Shown here in pieces: positions 59,283 to 64,000 of a stretch of 64,000 nucleotides of DNA. The DNA comes from Pseudomonadota bacterium (GTDB lineage: Bacteria > UBA10199 > 2-02-FULL-44-16 > JBDRGF01): positions 1 through 64,000 of the forward strand of contig JBDRGF010000141.1 in assembly GCA_043818055.1 (NCBI GenBank), given 5' to 3'. The translations under genes were made by a program, and so were the position numbers. The notes below the pieces were generated by a model, which saw only the letters and a list, made by a program, of their open reading frames with translations, was not told the DNA's origin and ran no database searches. The stretch's first letter is position 1, and every line of letters begins with the position of its first letter.

Positions 59283-61541
59283 ATGACTTTCAAAGCTCCA
59301 AGTTTACTACCTGTGTCAATGAGTTCAAGAACTATGGATCTATTCCATCCAAAAGCCATCTCTTATCCCAGGGGTGAAATGACAACAGAAGACACGTGTG
59401 TGTATTCTAACAGTTACAATGCTGCGAGTGCGCCTGAATCGATAAGATCAGGTCAGCCTTCGATCTTTCAAAAAGGCGTGTTAACAATATCTGAGTACTT
59501 AGAAAATAAACATGTAACAAATATAGCAAAGCTTGTAGGACTTACGATTTTCTACCATCTTCTTTCCGAAACCAGTTTGGGAAATCTAGACGCATTTGGA
59601 TTGAGCACAGCTGTACTCATGGGAACATCGCGAAGAAAAAAAACTAAAATACAAAGAATCTGTGAAGAGGTGCGACATGCATATGCCGAAGGTGATTTTG
59701 ATAGATTTCACACTCTACTTTTCGAGAACTATAGAGAAGATTTCAATTTTGTGGAAGGGCTGAGTCTTTGTGATTTAGAACCTAGAGTAGGTCTTGATTC
59801 ACTGGAGGAGATTAATCGAGGAAGGTTAGTTGGGAGTAGAGATCGCACAGGTGAGTTTGGATTTGTCCTGGGAATCAATGAAGAAATTAAGCAACATTAC
59901 AATTCCACAAGTTATATTTATGCAGCTTTATTAAGTGAGAGGCTCTCAGCTCATGCCGCTCTCTTTATAACACTGCTCTCTCTAAAGCTCGGCGATTTTG
60001 TCTTGATTTCTTTGGCGCTCAACCAGCCTCGGCTCTATGAGCTTGAGCCAAGGATTCTGGATAGACTCGCTTTCATGTTTCCAGACAATTCATATAGATC
60101 AAAATTTTTCAGGAAGTTGAACAATATCACAGGTTACATATTTTGTCTTGAAGATGATGAGTATCGCGATGGGGATGGTGAATGTTTTTTTACAGATACG
60201 ATTAGCGCGCAGCTTTCACGGGCATGGATACAATCGAAGGGAATAGATTCTACAAGGGTAACGTGTTTAACTAAAAGTGGCGCTGAGATTTTGCTCTCAG
60301 AATTTGCAGGATTCTATGACGCTGTGATTGCGATAGCACATCAGGGGGTACGTCACGCTGGAATGTTAGCTTACGCTGGCGTGCCGATATTTCCGATCAG
60401 AATCCATCACCATAATAATGAGGGCTTTTTTAAATCGCTATCAGGAAGCTCTCTGCAAGAACTTTACGGCAAAAAAATTCTTATTGTTGAGGATGATATT
60501 GTTAGTGGAAATTCACTGCAACTTCTCGCCGATCACTTTGGCCTCGATTTTATTTCACAGGCGGATCTGTTGCTGACAAATTCTATGCTATACAGTCGCA
60601 TGGCGCCTCAAATTCTCAACTTTAGAGGGATGATCTTTTTGCAGCAAGTTCTGCAATTTTGGGATACAAGATCCTATATAGAAATGTTCCGCAAATTTGC
60701 CCTACGCCAGAAGGCATATCTTCAAGTTGCTGAAGAAGGAGGTAGTCTATCTCAAAGGCAATCAGCAGTAGAGGAACGGGTTAAAAAAATGCTGGATGAC
60801 AAGGGCAACCAGAGGATGGTGAGTTGGTCGAGAAGAAGGAGTATGAAACGAGCCCTTTATCACAATATCTTTCAAATTTTGCGTCAGCCCTTGGAGTATG
60901 GATATGCTTGTGACAATGCTCATGATGCTTTTGATATTTTGGAAAGACACATTAACGAAATTGAGGAACTTTTGAATGATCACACTCAGAAAACCATGAT
61001 TGAACTTCGAAACAAGATCGATGAAGTTGTAAAAATGATGACATCTGATGTGGAACATGAACTCACAAAGTTGATTCCAAAAGACATCGATGAAAGTGCC
61101 AGAGATCTGCAAGCAAAGATGGCTGCCATAATGGGTCGGCTTAAGGCATTCCAGGCATTGCCTGAAATTGGCAGTTATGTGAGCGAATTTCGGCTTAACA
61201 TGTTTCGAAGTCTGATCCGATATCGACTGGAAAAAATTATGGAGCTTCAGCTAGACAGAAATCACGTTTTAAAAGCAGTCAGTGCGACAATGGGCTATAT
61301 ATCAGGAATTTTTGATTATCTTGAGACGAGATATGATAATATCACAACCCCATTTATGGATTTTTCCAGGGCTGAGGCGATACGATCGCTCAACTACTTC
61401 ATGGACGAGGTTATTGAAATGGCACCCTTGCTATTGACTCGAGAGTTGGCATCGTCCCTCTTCAGCGAGAAGACAGAGGACTACTACAAACGCTATTTTG
61501 TGGGGGGGGTGACGGTATCGCTCTATGCACGCACAGCATAG
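59283..61541 (+). CDS. Large orphan protein with an internal type I phosphoribosyltransferase-like domain and a helical C-terminal part; possibly the 5' part of a frameshifted gene
   Basis: GAGGTG RBS; YDAVIAIAHQG...GKKILIVEDDIVSGNSL PRPP-loop motif; ends 32 nt after a G8 tract. Confidence 0.7.
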   Translation: MTFKAPSLLPVSMSSRTMDLFHPKAISYPRGEMTTEDTCVYSNSYNAASAPESIRSGQPSIFQKGVLTISEYLENKHVTNIAKLVGLTIFYHLLSETSLGNLDAFGLSTAVLMGTSRRKKTKIQRICEEVRHAYAEGDFDRFHTLLFENYREDFNFVEGLSLCDLEPRVGLDSLEEINRGRLVGSRDRTGEFGFVLGINEEIKQHYNSTSYIYAALLSERLSAHAALFITLLSLKLGDFVLISLALNQPRLYELEPRILDRLAFMFPDNSYRSKFFRKLNNITGYIFCLEDDEYRDGDGECFFTDTISAQLSRAWIQSKGIDSTRVTCLTKSGAEILLSEFAGFYDAVIAIAHQGVRHAGMLAYAGVPIFPIRIHHHNNEGFFKSLSGSSLQELYGKKILIVEDDIVSGNSLQLLADHFGLDFISQADLLLTNSMLYSRMAPQILNFRGMIFLQQVLQFWDTRSYIEMFRKFALRQKAYLQVAEEGGSLSQRQSAVEERVKKMLDDKGNQRMVSWSRRRSMKRALYHNIFQILRQPLEYGYACDNAHDAFDILERHINEIEELLNDHTQKTMIELRNKIDEVVKMMTSDVEHELTKLIPKDIDESARDLQAKMAAIMGRLKAFQALPEIGSYVSEFRLNMFRSLIRYRLEKIMELQLDRNHVLKAVSATMGYISGIFDYLETRYDNITTPFMDFSRAEAIRSLNYFMDEVIEMAPLLLTRELASSLFSEKTEDYYKRYFVGGVTVSLYARTA

Positions 61542-61567
61542 TAGATACGCTCAACCTTGCAAAGCAT

Positions 61568-61981
61568 GTGATCGATCATGGTGATTTTGATATGGTGCTC
61601 GTCATCGGCCCTGAGGGTGGAAAATATGCAGCACCATTTGAAATGCTCAGATTGCCTGTGACTCAGATTCACATCGACGATTTTGACAAGGGACGTCCTT
61701 ACAAGGTCATCGGAAACTTAGAGGAACTGCGCGGAAGACGGATTTTGCTTTTGGAGGATGATGTTCATAGCGGTTCAACATTGAATCGTACCTTAAGCCT
61801 CGTTCTTCCATTTGAACCAGAAGCACTTGATCTATTTCTTGGCAATCCTATCCATTACCAAAACTTGGAAAATGTTCCAAAGGTCATACGTAATATATAT
61901 ACTAATCTGTCCTACCCGAAGTCATCTGAAGAGGAACACGCAATCTATGAATGGTTTTTGAAACTCGCTGGTGCTGTATAA
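61568..61981 (+). CDS. PRTase-like domain, probably the out-of-frame C-terminus of the upstream gene
   Basis: FDMVLVIGPEG...GRRILLLEDDVHSGSTL; no RBS; the frame is open from 61418 across the G8 tract. Confidence 0.65.
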   Translation: MIDHGDFDMVLVIGPEGGKYAAPFEMLRLPVTQIHIDDFDKGRPYKVIGNLEELRGRRILLLEDDVHSGSTLNRTLSLVLPFEPEALDLFLGNPIHYQNLENVPKVIRNIYTNLSYPKSSEEEHAIYEWFLKLAGAV

Positions 61982-62020
61982 TACATCTTCCGCCGTCACC
62001 GAGGTTTTTTAACAATTTTT

Positions 62021-63181
62021 TCAAATCACCCGTGTTTTAATCACGCCTTCAATAGCTTCGATCCTGGAGATGGTTGAATCGTCGATCGGACCATCAATAT
62101 CTATTATGTTATACGCTGTCTCGCTTTTGCTCTTATTGAGCATCTCCTGAATGTTGAGTTTACTAGCTGCGAGCACTGCTGTGAATTGTCCCACCATGTT
62201 TGGGACATTTTTGTTGATGATAGTGAGTCTCGTATCAGTTTGTCTTCCGAGTTGGCAGTTGGGAAGGTTGACGGAGTTAGATATATTTCCATTTTCAAGA
62301 AAGTTGGCTACCTGTGACGCTATCATCATCGCGCAGTTTTCTTCAGCTTCGGGTGTAGATGCGCCAAGATGAGGAAAGCATATCGTGTTTTTAGCTGAGA
62401 TAAAATCGGCACTCGCAAAGTCTGTCACATATGTGCTGATATGGTCAGCTTCAAGTGCCTTTAATAGGGCTTTCTCATCGACTACACCCCCTCTTGAAAG
62501 GTTGATAAGGCGCGCGCCCTTTTTCATCATGGAGATTCTATTCTCATTCATAAACCCCTTTGTTTTTTCTGTCTCAGGGATATGAAGTGTGATGTAGTCT
62601 GAGGTCTTGATCAACTCGTCTAATGACGCGGCCTTTTTTACCTCGCGCGAGAGATTCCATGCCGAATCGACTGAAATGAATGGATCGAAACCGGATACAT
62701 CCATGCCCAGGGATGTGGCGCTGTTTGAGACCATCACGCCGATCTGTCCCAGACCGATGACTCCCAATTTTTTTCCGAGAATTTCCGGACCTGTAAATGT
62801 GCTCTTATTCTTTTCGATATTTTTCGATATATCTGTAGCGTTCTTAAGTCCACCGACAAAATTGATTCCCTCGATCACCCTTCTTGAGGAGAGGAGGAGG
62901 GCGAGAATTGTGAGTTCCTTCACTGCGTTTGCATTGGCGCCCGGGGTGTTAAGGACGACGATACCTTTTTCAGTGCATTTTTCGATAGGAATGTTGTTCA
63001 CTCCCGCACCCGCTCTGCCAACAACTTTAAGCGACGCAGGCAATTCCATCTCATGCATTTTGAAGCTTCTTAAAAGGATTGCATCGGGTGACGTTTCATC
63101 ATCGGATATGTTATATAGCTTGGAAGAAAAGGTCTTTAAACCCTCTGACGATATTTTGTTGAGAATTTTAATCTTGTGCAT
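62021..63181 (-). CDS. serA: D-3-phosphoglycerate dehydrogenase with ACT domain
   Basis: RAGAGVNNIP, NTPGANANAVKE, GVIGLG.IG, PHLGASTPEAEENCA, N.NVPNMVGQ. Confidence 0.93.
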   Translation of the reverse strand: MHKIKILNKISSEGLKTFSSKLYNISDDETSPDAILLRSFKMHEMELPASLKVVGRAGAGVNNIPIEKCTEKGIVVLNTPGANANAVKELTILALLLSSRRVIEGINFVGGLKNATDISKNIEKNKSTFTGPEILGKKLGVIGLGQIGVMVSNSATSLGMDVSGFDPFISVDSAWNLSREVKKAASLDELIKTSDYITLHIPETEKTKGFMNENRISMMKKGARLINLSRGGVVDEKALLKALEADHISTYVTDFASADFISAKNTICFPHLGASTPEAEENCAMMIASQVANFLENGNISNSVNLPNCQLGRQTDTRLTIINKNVPNMVGQFTAVLAASKLNIQEMLNKSKSETAYNIIDIDGPIDDSTISRIEAIEGVIKTRVI

Positions 63182-63194
63182 CGTTTTTTCCTTT

Positions 63195-63998
63195 CTATTG
63201 TTCAAACCACTCGGCTGGGTCGAGTCTATAGAACTCTTTTAGCTCTTCGTAAAGTTTTGGATGTATCTTTTTCATCAGTATAGCCTTCTCAAAAAATGTC
63301 TCAGTCGCTACTGCGAAGAATTCTGCAGGATTGGTGGCACCGTAAAAATCCATGATATCTTTTTCATGGTGCATCATAGCGGAGCGAAGGTGTTGGTATT
63401 CTTCAGTTAGCACATGTGCCCACATAGCGTAGCTTGAACGTTTTTCTAGTAGCGGTGCTCCATTAGCCTGGCCGCTCTCCTGATCTAGTTGGTGCGCGAA
63501 TTCGTGGAGGACGACGTTGTGTCCCCCTTTGAAATCCATAGTGCACTGTTTGACATGATCCCAAGCGAGCACTACCGTTCCACGATCCCACGATTCTCCC
63601 AAACGGGCGCTCGGCTCTGTTATGTATGTGATGCCGATCTGAACCCTTTGCTCAGCGACGTAAGCGCTTGGATAGACGAGTATCGAAGAGAGAAGAGGGA
63701 AGTAGGTGATCTTATCTCTGTTCAAAAGGAGTATGCAGGCTTGTGCTGCGATTGTGACCTTTATTTCATCGGTGATCTTGAGTCCACCGCATCCTTCAAA
63801 GTACTTTTCTGCGAGGAATACCTGCATATGTCTATGGAGTTGCTTTTTTAGGTCGTCAGGCAAAAATTTATAGAGTGCGACATTTCGCTCTATGATCTCA
63901 ACCCAATCGTGTGACAGTTCCTTTTGCAACAAAATCTTTCGCCTGTGATTTCTCCACTCGAGTTTGATTATCCAGAGCAGGAAAAACAGAATCCATAT
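63195..63998 (-). CDS. MtfA/M90 zinc-dependent peptidase, 5'-truncated by the window edge
   Basis: F.GC.GL.ITDE....IAAQAC, ILVYP, GESW.RG.VVL.W, NVVLHEFAHQLD, YGATNPAEFFAVATE.FFE; frame is open to the window end. Confidence 0.92.
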   Translation of the reverse strand: MWILFFLLWIIKLEWRNHRRKILLQKELSHDWVEIIERNVALYKFLPDDLKKQLHRHMQVFLAEKYFEGCGGLKITDEIKVTIAAQACILLLNRDKITYFPLLSSILVYPSAYVAEQRVQIGITYITEPSARLGESWDRGTVVLAWDHVKQCTMDFKGGHNVVLHEFAHQLDQESGQANGAPLLEKRSSYAMWAHVLTEEYQHLRSAMMHHEKDIMDFYGATNPAEFFAVATETFFEKAILMKKIHPKLYEELKEFYRLDPAEWFEQ

Positions 63999-64000
63999 TG

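Overview
Bacterial chromosomal window, densely coded, with a deltaproteobacteria-like gene order (inferred from rimP-nusA-infB-rbfA-DHH-truB-rpsO-pnp and leuS-holA/rpsT/murJ). Housekeeping content: translation and RNA metabolism, peptidoglycan remodelling, His degradation (hutI, ftcd), nucleoside salvage, a lysC-asd-dapF-lysA-dapL operon, serA and one tRNA-Ala(GGC). No CRISPR array, rRNA or prophage is visible. Main points of interest: (1) five sigma54 (-24/-12) promoters with a shared TGT-N11-ACA-type upstream palindrome, four of them predicting near-leaderless mRNAs; (2) one of them drives a RAYT-like HUH transposase bounded by 13-bp inverted repeats, and its end-plus-enhancer motif recurs between the divergent ComEC-like hydrolase and lamin-tail-domain genes; (3) an orphan two-PRTase-domain locus split at a G8 tract, which shares an unusual AGGCAAC-N15/16-YCGATWA promoter-like motif with an orphan kinase-like gene; (4) several small palindromic repeat families, one of which supplies the C-termini of both TruB and RsmE; (5) an AT-rich ATPase-nuclease gene with tandem operators. 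All calls come from reading motifs by eye; no database searches were run.
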